A DNA stretch of 64,000 nt from Camelus dromedarius (lineage: Eukaryota). The translations under genes were made by a program, and so were the position numbers. The stretch is from assembly GCF_036321535.1 (NCBI RefSeq), contig NC_087436.1, positions 73,224,001 to 73,288,000 on the forward strand, read 5' to 3'. Below are positions 11,801-24,629 of the stretch, piece by piece. How positions within the stretch are numbered: the stretch's first letter is position 1; each line of letters begins with the position of its first letter. The notes below the pieces were generated by a model. That model worked only from the letters and a program-made list of their open reading frames with translations. It had not been told where the DNA came from and did no database searches.

Positions 11801-12269
11801 TGTGGTAATCAGAATAATGCCCCCACCAAAGACTTTCCTACTCCCCAGAACCTGTGAATATGTTACCTTACATGGCAAAAGAGACTTTGTTAAGAATCAT
11901 GAGATAGATAGATTATTCTAGAATAGCCACATGGGCCAAATTTAACCACAAGAGTCCTTACAAGATAGAAGAAGGCAGAAGGTCACAGTTAGAAAGAGAT
12001 TTGAAGATGCTGTGTTCTGCATTTGAAAACAGAAGAAGGGGCCATGAACCAAGGAATGTGAGTAGCCTCCAGAAGTTGAAATAGGCAAGGAAAAGGATTC
12101 TCAATTCCTCCAAAGCCTCCAGAAAGAATGCACCAGCAACTCCTTGACTTTAGCCCAATAAGACCAATTTCTGCTTCTGATCTCCAAAATTATAATATAA
12201 CAAATCTGTATTGTCTTAAGCCACCAAGTGTGTAGTAAAATGTGATAGCAGCGATAGGAAACTAATACA
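11801..12269 (+). mobile_element. MaLR solo LTR, MLT1D-like
   Basis: TG...CA termini ('tgtggtaatcagaataatgcccc' ... 'ggaaactaataca'), internal 'gaacctgtgaatatgttaccttacatggcaaaagagactttg'; 5-bp TSD ccctt/ccctc. Confidence 0.9.
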
Positions 12270-12349
12270 CCCTCCTTACCCAGTTGAGTTCTGAGATGAT
12301 TAGGAGAAAGGCAAGGAGTAAGACACAGAGCCAGACATCACCTTCATTG

Positions 12350-12730
12350 CTGATAATGCTGAGAGTAGAAAGATAGATAACTATAAAAGTCCTTCTAAAC
12401 CAAAACCCAGGCTAGACAGCATTCACCACCAGCCAAGTGCCATCTGGGGTCAGGGCCTGAAAAATCTACAGCAAGAGGGACATCAAAAGCCAACAAGCTT
12501 CGTGGTTCAAGAAGACCACAACATCACAATCACATCCAAAGCAAAAGAAGGCAGTTTCTTCTTGCCCATCTCTTTTTACCAGGAGGATAATCTTTCCCAG
12601 ATGTCCCTCCCTGGAAACTTTCCCAGAAGTTCCCTTCAGAGACCACTGACAAGGATAGTTATCAAGGCCAAACTCAAGCTGCAAGGAGGAAGAAGAAACA
12701 AGCACTGGAATTTTCAACCTCTGTAGTGAT
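12350..12730 (-). mobile_element. Degenerate old MaLR (MLT1J/K-like) LTR fragment
   Basis: 'cttcccagaagttcccttcagagaccactgacaagg...aaggccaaactcaagctgcaaggagg' resembles old MLT1. Confidence 0.4.
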
Positions 12731-13794
12731 AAGTAGGCACTTCCGGCAAAGAGTTAGGTACGTATCCCAGTGAGAGACAAGAAGTAGAGAAAAGGGTGCT
12801 GAGCCCCTTTAGATAAGGCTGTAAGTTCAAGCTGAAAGGGCACATATCTAGACTTTGAGATCATGTCTACTCTTGCTCTTACATTAGCTCCAATTTCTCT
12901 CTCCAGTCCATTGTTATCTTTTTATTCAATTATTTCCAAAGATCTTTATTGAGTGAGTTTTCTCACTTTCAAGGCAATCTGAGTTATTGCAGAAAAACAG
13001 AAAATTATAATTAGGAAAAACTAAAAAGTGCAAGTTATTCCACTCTGAGATAATGACTATAATGTTATAACTTGGTCTATGTTGTTAAACAATCTTATAA
13101 CAATGTATATGTAGCATTTCCTTCCATTGCAATACATGTAAGAATACAAGACAAATTACAGTGCTTAACTTTAAATGTTGAAACATTTTGAAAAGCAAAC
13201 TGAGTTATTTAGAAAGTAGCCAATGCCAACTGATAAACTAAGATAATAGGAAAAAGAAATAGCTTGAAATAGTACCCATTTAAAGTTAATTCATCAAATT
13301 TATATATCAGGAAATGTGAAGCCACATGGTATTTAGCTAAAGTGTAATGTTTGGTGAAATTAATTTCCAGCCCAGCACTTGAAACAAAAACACCATTAGC
13401 TTTGTATGCATACCCAGGTTTGCTTTGACTATTACAGACATAAATTGTTCTTTCTATACACTGTTCTGAATAATGCTGTAACATTAAAAGGATTTAGTGT
13501 ATTCAATGTTCCAGTTTGCAAAAACATCCACATAAATAGCAACTTCAGCCTTCAGAGCTTTCTTTGAGCTTGTCTCTCAAGTATTCAAATTCCTTCTGAA
13601 AAGTCATTTCTCTAGTAGCAAATATAATTTTTAATTAATTAGCATCAGAGAAACATTTCCCTTGCACTTAACGGGAAATGCCTGCCCACATCTCACATAT
13701 CTCAGCCATCATGACAGCTAGATAGAATGATTTTGACTAGCCATCATGAATTCGCCCCTTTGATGCAGCTGTTTGGCCATGGGGATGTTTTGAT

Positions 13795-13970
13795 GCTGTT
13801 CAAATTTCAGCCCTGCCATTTATTAGATGTTTTCTTGTGACATATGGCTTGTAGGATGGAAATAATATTATCTACCTCAGGGCGGGTGTGGTGAGGATTA
13901 AATGAAATGCTACTAAGTGCTTTTGTAATGCCTGGGATATACTAGTTGTTTAGTAAATAGTAGCAATCAC
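13795..13970 (+). mobile_element. MIR SINE
   Basis: 'ggaaataatattatctacctcaggg...gtgaggattaaatgaaatg...tagtaaatagtagc'. Confidence 0.75.
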
Positions 13971-14685
13971 AAAGTTATTGATGGTGGTACTGATGTTGGT
14001 GATGATGAAGATGCAGCAAAAGCACATACAATGTAGAACCAAAATGATGCTTTCCCCTTATCCAAGGGGCAGGCACAGGAATCCCTAAATATAAGCATGC
14101 TCAATAACCTTTATTATGAACTTCCAGAATTAAGTTGAGAAAATTAAATTTACATAAACCACAGCATCAAAAGAACCTAGAAGTGTATGATCAGATGTTC
14201 AGTAGTAGCATCTACTGACCATTTGTGACATCATAGACCCGATGTGCTCCTCATCTATCTCCTACCTCAACTTAACGAATGACTTAATCGGTTTTTAATG
14301 TATTGGTGACTCACTTTTTGCCAGGTATTGCTGGGTGCTGCCGTTTTTGCCTGGTCCTGCCAAAAGTTCTAGACACCACTGATGAAGAGTCAGGGTATGC
14401 CCAGCCATAAAAGAAATGTTTATGGTATAAAGGTAGGCATATAGAAGGGGAAAAAAATTAATGGTGAGGGAGATATTATAGTTTGGTAAATGCTACAAAC
14501 TGATGAATTAGAACAAAGATTAAATAAGGAACATCTACTGTTCCCAGAGAACTCTTGTAGAAACCTTGACCACCAGCATACATGCAGTGCTAGAAACTTG
14601 TGTGGCTGCTTTGAAAGATTCTTCAAAAGCAAGAGGCAACTTCTACCTGTCCAGGATAAAACTTGCTATTGTAGCATTTCCCTGC

Positions 14686-14716
14686 AAAAAAAAAAAAAAA
14701 GAGAGAGAGAGAGAGA
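14686..14716 (+). repeat. Poly(A) + (GA)n tract
   Basis: Direct reading. Confidence 0.9.
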
Positions 14717-14958
14717 TCGGAATAGAAATCTTTTGATGTTGACTTCTGCTGGGAAACTGTTCCACTGCTATGGTTCCCATTCCCATTCTAACCAATATAA
14801 AGAACAGAGAAGAGAAATAACCATACTGTTGCATGAATTAGAGACAAGTAAAATTAGGTCTGGTTCTTGCTGAAAGGGTAAAAGGAAAATAATTCTCATA
14901 AGAGGCAAGGACTTGTTATTCTCAAATGAAATTGCACTGTTTAAGAAAGAAGGTGCTC

Positions 14959-15470
14959 ATTGACAGATGTCTGGATAAAAAAAGATGTGGTATATGTATA
15001 TACATTGGAACACTACTCAGCCATAAAGGAGAATGAAATAATGCCATTTTCAGCAACATGGATGGACTCAGAGATTATCATACGAAGTGAAGTCAGAGAA
15101 AGACAGATATCATATGATATCACTTATATGTGGAATCTAAAAAAAAAAGATACAAATGAACTTATTTACAAAACAGAAAGAAACTCACAGACATAGAAAA
15201 AAAACTTATTGTTACCAAAGTGGAAAAGGGTGGGAAGGATAAATTAGGAGTTTGGGATTAGTGGATGCAAACTACTGTATATAAAATAGATAAACAACAA
15301 GATCCTACTATATAACACAGGGAACTATATTCAATATCTTGTAATATCCTATAATGACAAAGAATATATGTATATGTATAACTGAATCACTATGCTGTAT
15401 ACCAGAAACTAACACAACATTGTAAATCAACTACAATTCAATTTTTTTTTAATTTTAATAAAAAAAGAAA
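14959..15470 (+). mobile_element. 5'-truncated young L1 (ORF2 end + 3'UTR)
   Basis: ORF2 C-terminal peptide 'EHYSAIKENEIMPFSATWMDSEIIIRSEV'; 3'UTR 'gggtgggaaggataaattaggagtttgggatt...'; A-rich tail; candidate TSD aagaaagaag (14943-14952 / 15469-15478). Confidence 0.93.
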
Positions 15471-16270
15471 GAAAGAAGACACAACTAGAGATTATCTACC
15501 ATGCCATGAAAGGAAACATGGAAGCAGCCAATAATGCAGATCTGTTGAATTCAAAGTTACTTTCCTACAGAATCTCTCTCTTGGGTGGTCTCAATGACCA
15601 CAGATTGTCTACAATGTGGTTTACCCATTATGTGAGGCCTGGTGTTCCCATGATGGTGCCTATGCACGTGGGTACAAAATTTTTAGCCAGCAGCTGATGG
15701 AAAAACATTTGTCGGCAGTATTTTGAAATATACCATTCTATCTTGGATGACATGCTTGATGGACATTTGACACTCTTGTCTACAAATGTAGGTCTGGCAG
15801 GCTTAGTGACAAGGGTATGGGTGAACATTTGATTCTGGCTCAGTGTAACCATGTAAGCACATGTCCATTTGTCTCCTTCTGTACTAGTGACATATCCTAC
15901 TCAACAGATGGGACAGGGTGTGGGGCTGAGAACCAAAGAATGATCACAGCTCACATTGTCTATCCCACAAACACCTCTTTGAAAAAAATTTAACACTCAT
16001 TTTTCAAAGCACTTTGATGTTTTGCATTTGGTTTGAAGCTCTTTGGTTTTGAATTAGGCTGTCACTTCTCAGTTTCTTGAACACAGGCGTATATAAGGAA
16101 GGGAATTTTGACCCTTGGTCTTCTGGGCTGAAACCATCAGGTTAGGTAATATTAAATTTTATGTAGTACATTTACAAATTTCAGAGAGAATTTACATGGT
16201 AACTTAGAAGTTTCTCAAATCAAAGTTGAGTAGGGGAGGTTTTCAATGACTAGGTCTGATGAGTGAATGA

Positions 16271-16319
16271 GCACATGTGCACGCACGTGCACATACACAT
16301 GTGCACACACATGCGCACA
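16271..16319. repeat. Alternating purine-pyrimidine (CA/TG/CG) tract
   Basis: gcacatgtgcacgcacgtgcacatacacatgtgcacacacatgcgcaca. Confidence 0.85.
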
Positions 16320-16664
16320 GACTCTCAACATCAACCCTAGATTCATCAGTTCTCTCCAGTACAGGCTCTCTGTCAGAAAGAAAGAAAAAGAGGGGGAGAG
16401 GGAGGGAGAAAGGAAGGATGAAAGAAGAAGTTTGTACATGAAAATATAAACTTCCAAAGTAGATAAAATTTCCCCTAAATTAAGTACAAATCAAACCAAA
16501 TTTTACAAAAGGATCACTTCATATTTCTCCACAGATTTATAGCATAATTCAGAAATGCTTTATCAGGTTTCTAATTAGTTTTCAATGTCTAAAAGTTCTT
16601 ATTACATTAACTTTTATTTTAATTTGTCTGTGAAAGCTCCACACAAACTGTATTTCAAAGATTG

Positions 16665-16880
16665 TGCAGCACAGTGGTTAAGACAGATTTGTGTTGGAAT
16701 TCTGGCTCGGTCTATACTCTGTGTAATTTACAGAAGTTATTTAACCAGTCCTCAGTGAAGGAGTCATCATCATACTCAGCCCCTCTGGACTTAAGTGAGG
16801 ATAAAGTCAATGCCTTCTTGTAAAGTGCATAGTACAGTGCCTTGTGCAGAATAACATTCCGGAAATGATAACTGCCCACT
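16665..16880 (+). mobile_element. MIR SINE
   Basis: 'gcagcacagtggttaagacag...aagttatttaacc...gtaaagtgcatagtacagtgccttg'. Confidence 0.7.
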
Positions 16881-16899
16881 AACCAGCTCAACCTGGTTA

Positions 16900-17045
16900 C
16901 ATAGTAGAAGCTGGGTAGCTCTTATAAATACTAAGACCCAGGCCCCTTCCCTGGAATCAAAATTTCTTGGGGTGGGGCATAGGCACCTACATTTTTAATG
17001 CTCTTTTGCTTATTGTCATTTGCCATCAGGATTAAAACCCACTTC
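16900..17045 (+). mobile_element. MER5-like hAT MITE fragment
   Basis: 'ccaggccccttccctggaatcaaaatttcttggggtggggcataggcacctacatttttaa'. Confidence 0.6.
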
Positions 17046-17049
17046 AAGC

Positions 17050-17160
17050 ATTTTGTAGGCAAGGGCTCTGTCTATTTTGCTCACCACTGCGTACCTAAGA
17101 CCTACCCCAGCACTCAGTACAAGGAAGGTACTCAATATATATGTTGAATGAACAAAAGAA
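17050..17160 (+). mobile_element. L2 3' end
   Basis: 'ggcaagggctctgtctattttgctcaccactgcgtacc...gtactcaatatatatgttgaatgaac'. Confidence 0.75.
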
Positions 17161-17889
17161 AGTCTATCTGTTCAACATATTCCAAGGTAAATTAACAACA
17201 AATACCAATAGTTGGATTATTTATAGGCCAAGAAAAATCCAGTGTCTGAACAGAAAGTTGAGCACCCCAAAACTTCTATATTTAACTTCCAAGCAATGAA
17301 AGGATGTGCCTTTGAGGTCAGCATTGTATTATTTGGGGTAAAATAAGTAGATAATTCTCTTTAATCAGTGAAACAACTAAGAACAGCTTTTACAATAACT
17401 TGTAAAAACATGACACTAGAGGATTCATGTTCAACCTTTTTGTTTTCATAACATACTTATAAATAGAAGCATTTTTGTCCACATTCAAGATGGAATTAAA
17501 AGCTTCAAAACAAAAACAAATAAGAGAAACAATTACCATAGAGTCATTATTATGACTGGAAATTGTCTCACAAGATTTATAAAAATTGACTTAGTTATCC
17601 AATCATTTACTCAGTCTTATAGCAGAATGTCACTCTTCTAGAAGAATTCTTTATTGCCTTTAATTTCCTCCCCTATAAACTCATGAAACAAGTTCTCACA
17701 CATTCCAATAAGCATTCAACGGATTTTTGATGCCATTTTACTGCTTACTCATAGCAAATTGTACTCTCTGCTATACATGCCCCACAACCTTCTCAGTTTA
17801 AAGTTACATCTGATGGAGATCTTCAAGACAGTAAGGAAACTCAGTTCTAGCAAAAGGAGATATTACTCACTGGTTGCTTTGGTCGCCTG

Positions 17890-18360
17890 CTTCTATGATA
17901 ATGCATTGTAACAATACACCCCCAAACTCAGCAGTTTACGATAAGAAGATTTTATTCTCTTGCTCTGGGGTAACAGCTGCCATTTGGCTGATCTAGGCAG
18001 GGTTCAGCTGAGCAGCTCCACTTCAAGTCCAGCATCAGTCAGGTGTGCCTCCACCCTGTGAGTTGCATATCTGTGCTACATGTCACATTGTAGCGACCAA
18101 GCGAAAGGGGCATGTTTTCTTGTAACAGATGATCAGAATGCAAGAGGAGCAAGCCCACCCACACAAGCCTATTTTAAGCAATGGTTTATGTCACTTCTGA
18201 CTAGATCTCAATGGCCAACACAAGTCATGGGATCAGTCCCAAAAATCAAGGTGAGGGGAAAGAAGAAGTATCCTCCCTCCGTTGTGAAGCCACGGCAAGA
18301 ACACGGACGTGTGATTCTGTCGGTGAGCAGCAAAGAATTCAATCTACCGCACTGAGAAAA
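17890..18360 (-). mobile_element. MaLR LTR (MLT1F/G/H-like)
   Basis: 'tgtaacaatacacccccaaactcagcagtttac', 'ggctgatctaggcagggttcagctgagcagctc', 'atggccaacacaagtcatgg'. Confidence 0.7.
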
Positions 18361-18619
18361 ATGGATTGGCACGTGGGTTGAGAATCTCTGCTCTGTGAGT
18401 TTGGAGACTATGTACAAGCAACATTATTCCCCATATTAGACTGGGTAGGTGGGTACCTTCCCAACTGGTTTTCCCAAAACGTCAAAATGACCCTCTACCT
18501 GCTGGAATTTAATTTTTTATTAGTAGAATCTCATGTCAGTTAAATAACCAAGGTTAGAGAATCAGTTCTGGAAGACTCCTATAAAACTTAGGACATATGC
18601 TGGGGAGGCGGAATAATGG

Positions 18620-18860
18620 AATGTGTATCCAGAGCCAGGCACACCCAGGTTTGAATCCTGGCTCCTATACTTACTAGCTGTGTGACTTTAAATAAGTTGT
18701 TTAAATTTTTTAATCCTCATGCTTTTTGTTTGGTAGGTTGTTTGGGTTGTTGTCATTTTGTTTCCTTTATGTCTATAAATTGGAAACAGTACTTACCGCA
18801 TGGAATGGTAGTGAGGATCACATGAGCAAATGTAAGAAAAGCATCTGTCACGTGATTGGT
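18620..18860 (+). mobile_element. MIR SINE
   Basis: 'agagccaggcacacccaggtttgaatcctggctcctatacttactagctgtgtgactt'. Confidence 0.85.
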
Positions 18861-21294
18861 TGCCTTTCCCCACTGGCAGTAGGACCCACTCATGAGTTTG
18901 GTTGTTTATTTTCTTAATAGCGGAGGAGAGGGAGGAGAGATGGTGACCATACATCCTGAATTTTCTGGCATAGTCTGTCTCTCACTAAGTGTACACATCA
19001 CACAATGCGTTCTTATTTCTTATTTAGAAAACACCATCATTCTTCGATGGATGATCCAGCAATTTCACATGAGAAAGAAGATATTCATCACCCTCTTCAC
19101 TCAGCCCTCTTCATCAATACCCTCTCATCAAACTCTAACACATACTTTGCTAAATATCCTTTACTCTGTAAAGGTTTCCCTGATCCTACTCTGCTCCCAC
19201 CAGAGTCGGGTGTCCCTCCTCTGTGCTCAGAGCATGCTGTAATTCTCCATCTCAGCATATTGCAGTTGTGCACTTATGTAGATCTCCCCTATGCCTTGAA
19301 CTCCTCCCTGTCTTGCTGTGTTTTGTAGCATACAGGAGACACTGATGGGCATCTTATTTTGCCTGGCCTACATCCAATCCTTTTCTTGTGATCTCTCCTT
19401 AGTGATATTTTTAGCCTTGGGTTTAGCCTTGACTGAAAGTCTACCAATGGACCTTTTGCTAAAATAAGACAACAAATTCCCTCTTTCACTTACAACAGTT
19501 TGAACCAGGTTTGGAACTTTCAACTGAAACAATTACAAGTTATAGAGATATTGATTCCTGGCAATGGGGTATTGCCAGTCATGGACCTAAAATATAGAAT
19601 TTGGTGAGTCAATGCACGGGTGGGGTGACTCTTTCTCTTCTGCCCCCAAGTGGGAATCAAGATTGAGTCCATTAATGTGAGGGCCAGGGTCACAGGCAAG
19701 GCACAGGCTCTGTTGATCTGAGAAGCCTGTGACAACAGATCAAGAGTACAGGGGCTTGAAGGACACCAAAAAAACAGGAAGTGGAAAATGCAGAGGCCAC
19801 TGAAAACAAATTTCCCCAGCCCCATCACCTGGTGCAGGAACACTGTGCCCTTCCTTGGGACAGAATGCAGTCGGCCAATGATGATGACGGTGGTGTTGGT
19901 GGCAGAAGAGGGTCTAATCGTTCAGCTTCAGGAAGAAGCCGCTATGTGTTTTTAGGAGTGCATGGAACTCATTAGGACCGTGACTTTCCCAGTGTGGCCT
20001 CATCACGGAGCTGCCTGTGTGCCTTTGATGCTGGCGTGATACAGCTGCTCCTGCTTGTTTGCCCTGAAAGTAAGATCAGACACCTAATCCTCTTCCACAA
20101 GCCATTACACGTTAGAAGCGCCCAATTCCCCCCGGGCTGCCTAGAATCTTTGGACCTGTCGTTTTTTTTCCCACTCACTCAGTGGGGATTTTCTCCTCCC
20201 TCTCCCCTGTACATTTCTACAACATCATAAAACTCCATATGATTAAGGGATTTCAAACAGCATGGTGTATTGAATGACTTGTTAAGTAATTTGATAGTCT
20301 AAACCTCACTTTACATGCAAAGAAATGAGGAAACCACAAAGAAAATGGACCTTCCTGGATCCCCTTATGGCTATGAGGTCACTGACTGCTTTCTGGGGGA
20401 ACACCTGGGACAACAAGGTTAATGCGTATTGATTTCAGCCAGAATTTGTGACAGAAACAAGGATCTGAACACTTGGACTTAGCACATATAAAGCACACTC
20501 TTGCCAGATATAAAAGTAAATTCCTTTCCAATTTCTCTCTGTATATAGGCAGAGGCAGGAGCAACTTAGGGGCAGAATTGTATCCCTGAAACCAACAGCC
20601 GCTGATTTCTGATCAGGGTCAAATCCAGGATTGCTCTGGTTTTCAAATCATATTCCTCAACCTCTCTTCCCTCAAGTGTGGGTCTGACCAGAGTCTGCTG
20701 GGGCTCCATGAGGTGAGCTGACTATTGCTTACCACCAGCAGTGTTTAGCTTGAGAGTAATAATAATTCCTTCTTGCTCTTTTCTCATTTTTTAATGAATG
20801 GAGATTTTTAGGGAAATATACTGGGTAAGGGTTTCAGCAAATTGCTATTTTTTTTTAACAGAGTTGATTTATGTAGGCTTAAATATGGTCTCAAAGAATT
20901 CTATACTTTTTAAAAGCTTGATAGTGGCTACACTAAGATCAGTCCTATGATACTGACTTGAGGGGATTCCCTGTGAATTAGAACAAATTCTGCCTAAATG
21001 ATGTGGCTTCGGTCTATTCATTTCATTATTGGCTTTCATTTGATCCCTTGACCTCCCACATTCCTGCCAAAACCACAGAAACTCTACTAAATGAAACTCA
21101 AAATATGTGCCAAATATAAGTAAGCAAATATGTACTCCTTTATTCTAAGCCAAGTCTCACAATGGTCAGTGACAGAAACCCAAGTCAAACTAGCTTAGAC
21201 AAAAGCAGACTACATTAGCAAGCTCGGGTATTCACAGGCTGGACACCCAGGAAGCCAGGCTGAGTGCTGAGCAGACAACTAGCAAACAGGTGCA

Positions 21295-21648
21295 GAGATG
21301 CCATGGACTGGGTGGCTGAAACATTTCTTCTGTCACAGTTCTGGAGGCTGGAAATCCAAGATCAGGGTGCTAGCATGATTGGGTTCTGATGAGAGCTATC
21401 TTCCTGGCCTCCAGATGGCCACGTTCTCACTGTATTCTCACGTGGCCATTCCTGGTGTGTGCGCTTGGAAAGTGGGAGATACTTCTCTCCTCCTCCTATT
21501 CGTGTAAGGGCACTAATCCCATAATGATGACCCCATTGTTAGGATCTCATTTAAACCTAATCTCTCAAAGGTCCCTCTTCCAAATACTATCACACTGGGG
21601 GTTAGGGCTTCAAATACAACTTTCAGGGCACACATTCAGTTCATAGCA
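21295..21648 (-). mobile_element. MLT1A-like solo LTR (inside an older MLT1 fragment at ~21165-21990)
   Basis: 'gactgggtggctgaaac...cacagttctggaggctggaaatccaagatcaggg...aagggcactaatccc...ttcagttcatagca'. Confidence 0.88.
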
Positions 21649-21654
21649 CTTGCA

Positions 21655-21685
<31 letters not shown>

Positions 21686-22109
21686 TTCTGCAAATATCTT
21701 TCTTTCAGTCCCGTTTTCTCCTGCTGTAGCTTGGCAAGAGACCTAAATGCTAAACCCTCCGAAGTCTCCTACCTCCACTCCCAGACTGGAAATGCTAGTT
21801 ATTCTCACTGGTCCAGTGTTCAAAACCCCTGGAGAAAGGCATTGTTTGGTCCAGAAGGGATCATCCCTGGGAAAAGCAACAGTAGCCAGGAAGTGGATCT
21901 GGAAGAAGACAGAACCATCCACTCAACCAAAGGGGTTTAGACAGAGGAAGGAGTGTCCATAAGAGGCCATACAGTTAGGCTTTACAACTGAGGCTCGCAA
22001 AGACTAGAGATCCTGGAGCACTCTGGTGATCATGTTAATTTAAAATACGAAGATATTAATTATATTATAGTATGATAATCATGTTATAAAAATGTAAGCT
22101 TGGTATATA

Positions 22110-22210
22110 CTTGATTAGGGCAGAAACGTCTCCACCTTATTCACCGTTTTGTCTGAGCAGTGTCTGGCACATCACAGATGCTCAATGAATACTTGTTCAG
22201 TGAAACTCCA
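22110..22210 (+). mobile_element. L2 3' end
   Basis: 'gcagtgtctggcacatcacagatgctcaatgaatacttgttcagtgaa'. Confidence 0.7.
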
Positions 22211-23844
22211 CATTTGGTTATGAATGAAATTATGCATTTGTAATAATACTTGTTAACAGAAACCATATGTGCCACATAGTAAAAGCAATCATCTCTCAAT
22301 GTGAGATTGCAGAAAATTTTTTTCCTGAATATACCTCTCTGAATTTTAAAATATTCTACAGTCAACCTGTGTGACTTTTAAAAGCAGAAAAGCAATGTGA
22401 CTTTGAAAGAAGCTTCATGAGAAAATGAGTAATCTGTGTTCTGATGGAAAGAATAAGCAGGCTTTTGCAAGTCCCCTCGACAGCAGTCAGCACTTTTTCC
22501 CTGAGAGACCGCGGGGACAGTGCAGTGCAGTGTCTCCTCCTCCAGCCGAAATTGGGCCGCCTGAGGGGCAAGGTCTCCTGGGGAGTAAGAGCTGGTTCAA
22601 AGCTGTTCTCCCCTGACACGGAGAGAACAGAGGCAAGACTGGGGCTCCCAGGCACTGTGGTGGAACAGCTCCCAGTCCAGCATCTCAGGGCTATTCGCAG
22701 CTCCTCTGGTGGCGGCTGCCAAGGAGGTGAGAACTGAAAAGCACAAGGCCTCGCCAATGCGAAGGTGCTGGTCTAACCTGTGTGAAAAGTCAGCCTGTGC
22801 CCCCCCAAAGAACGCCTGGCAGTCGCCTAGTCCACACCTCATCTTCCAGGAAGAAACTGAAGGGCAGGGTGGTGAAGTGACTTTCGGAACGTTTCTTAGG
22901 CCATCTGAACCTTATTTTGTCCTCTGCCTAGAACTCGAATAAGACTGGCCTCAGTGTACCCAACTTAAGGTTCATCTCAGCGTCCTAAAAAGACACACCT
23001 CCGAAGGCCTTGAAGAATGATGTTGCTCTTGTGATCCCACAAAGCAAAGGGGGGAGGGGTGCTGCACTGGCAGAGCACACCGACAGATTCCCTAAAAATC
23101 TCCTTTGCGTCTCCCTCCTTGTGCCTGCCTGCTGTTGTTGCAGTTCATCTTCTGCCCACCTCAAAATCCCCACCCCAGCTGGGCCAGCTTTTCCTCCCAC
23201 TCCAAGGCATTGTCCCGGGGACCTGCATGCTTTACTGTGCAGCTCAGTGTGGCCTCTTCTGAGCCTCCCTCCACTTCTCTCCCATCAGCACAACAAAGGG
23301 CCAGCTGCCGACCAACGACACAAAACACAACCAAAAAAAGGATTTTAAACGTGTACCATCGAGTGGGTTTTTCTCTTCTTCATACATGGAAGAGGCGGTA
23401 AGGATACCTGCTTCACAGAGTTGTCCAGGAGAAATAAACAAAGTTCCTTATGAGAAGCCCTCTGCACACCCTGGGTGCTCAATAACAGTGCCTCCCTTCC
23501 TTTCTCCCTAGACGTGGGAGGCTTGGCCAGTAATTCCAACTATAGAAAAAGTAACTGAATGCTAGTGACCCTCTGGGCCCTTCCGTTTCCCTTCAGGAGC
23601 AGTCCTGGGCAAAACTGCAACTTTTTTTTAGCATCCTTATATGTGAACACCTCAAGTCTCCATTTATTTTCTCCCTGGACGCTCCTCGTCTTCCCAATCT
23701 TTTGTCCTGTTTTCTTAAGGTCTGTGTAGAATGGTGGGCAAGGATGACTGTGAGGTGCTCATGGAGTTCAGCCCCTGGCCTCCACCCCGCCTGCCTGTCA
23801 TACATGCTCTGTATACTCTTCACAGTACTCACCACAATCATGGG

Positions 23845-24123
23845 TTTTTTTAAATTGAAGTATAGTCGGTTACAATGTGTCGATTTCTGGTGTACAGCAT
23901 AATGTTTCAATCATACATGTGCATACATATATTCATTTTCATATTCTTTCTCATTATAGGTGACTACAAGATATTGAATATAGTTCCCTGTGCTATACAG
24001 TATGTCCTTGTTGTTTATCTGTTTTATATATAGTAGTGTGTATCTGTTCATCTCAGGCTCCTAATTTATCCCTCCTTCCCCCCTTTCCCCTTTAGGAAAC
24101 ATACGTTTGTTTTCTATGTCTGC
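23845..24123 (-). mobile_element. Short 5'-truncated young L1 3'UTR
   Basis: Poly-T + 'attgaagtatagtcggttacaatgtg...atattgaatatagttccctgtgctatacag...tttgttttctatgtctg'; candidate TSD caccacaatcat/caacacagttat. Confidence 0.92.
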
Positions 24124-24629
24124 AACACAGTTATCTTTACATCTGTATGTGTGTGTCAGAAGCAGGGGGGCATTATAGCAAAAGAACTTAGAATCAGCTC
24201 AAGGTATCCTGTATTTGAGTCCTTGGCCACTCTGCCTGTCACTTCGCCATCCTCTCTTACAGCTCTGCCTTCCTCTGGGACCCCTCCCTTTCAGATCCCT
24301 ACCTACGTTCCACCCTCAAATTTCCACCTCTTTCTTTATGCAGAGGAGTTCATCTCTCCTCCGTCTCTGGGGTCTAAACACTCACTGGGGAGAGAAGACA
24401 GGCTGATATCCAGGAGAATGCCACAGCTTTGAATCACAGACTGGAGGGGCTCAATACAGTTGTTGACCAAGAGTTGTCTTTCCCCCCAGTGGTCTCTGAG
24501 GAGACCCAGAAAGTGTCTGTAGACTGTCCAGTCCCAGTAACAGTTGTTCCTGTCTTCTTTTCTCACCCAGCCCTTACTCTTTCTCTAAGGATGCTTATTG
24601 CCTCAATATCTTTCTCTCTCATGAGTGTC

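Noticed and set aside
13535..13595. Minus-strand 'ttttcag|KEFEYLRDKLKESSEG*' as a possible last coding exon
   Set aside because: Weak pyrimidine tract, only 16 codons, no recognised protein and no supportable upstream exons
15720..15770. DDMLD (DDxxD) prenyltransferase-like motif
   Set aside because: Spacing to the upstream His is wrong and the downstream RRG is absent; most likely coincidental
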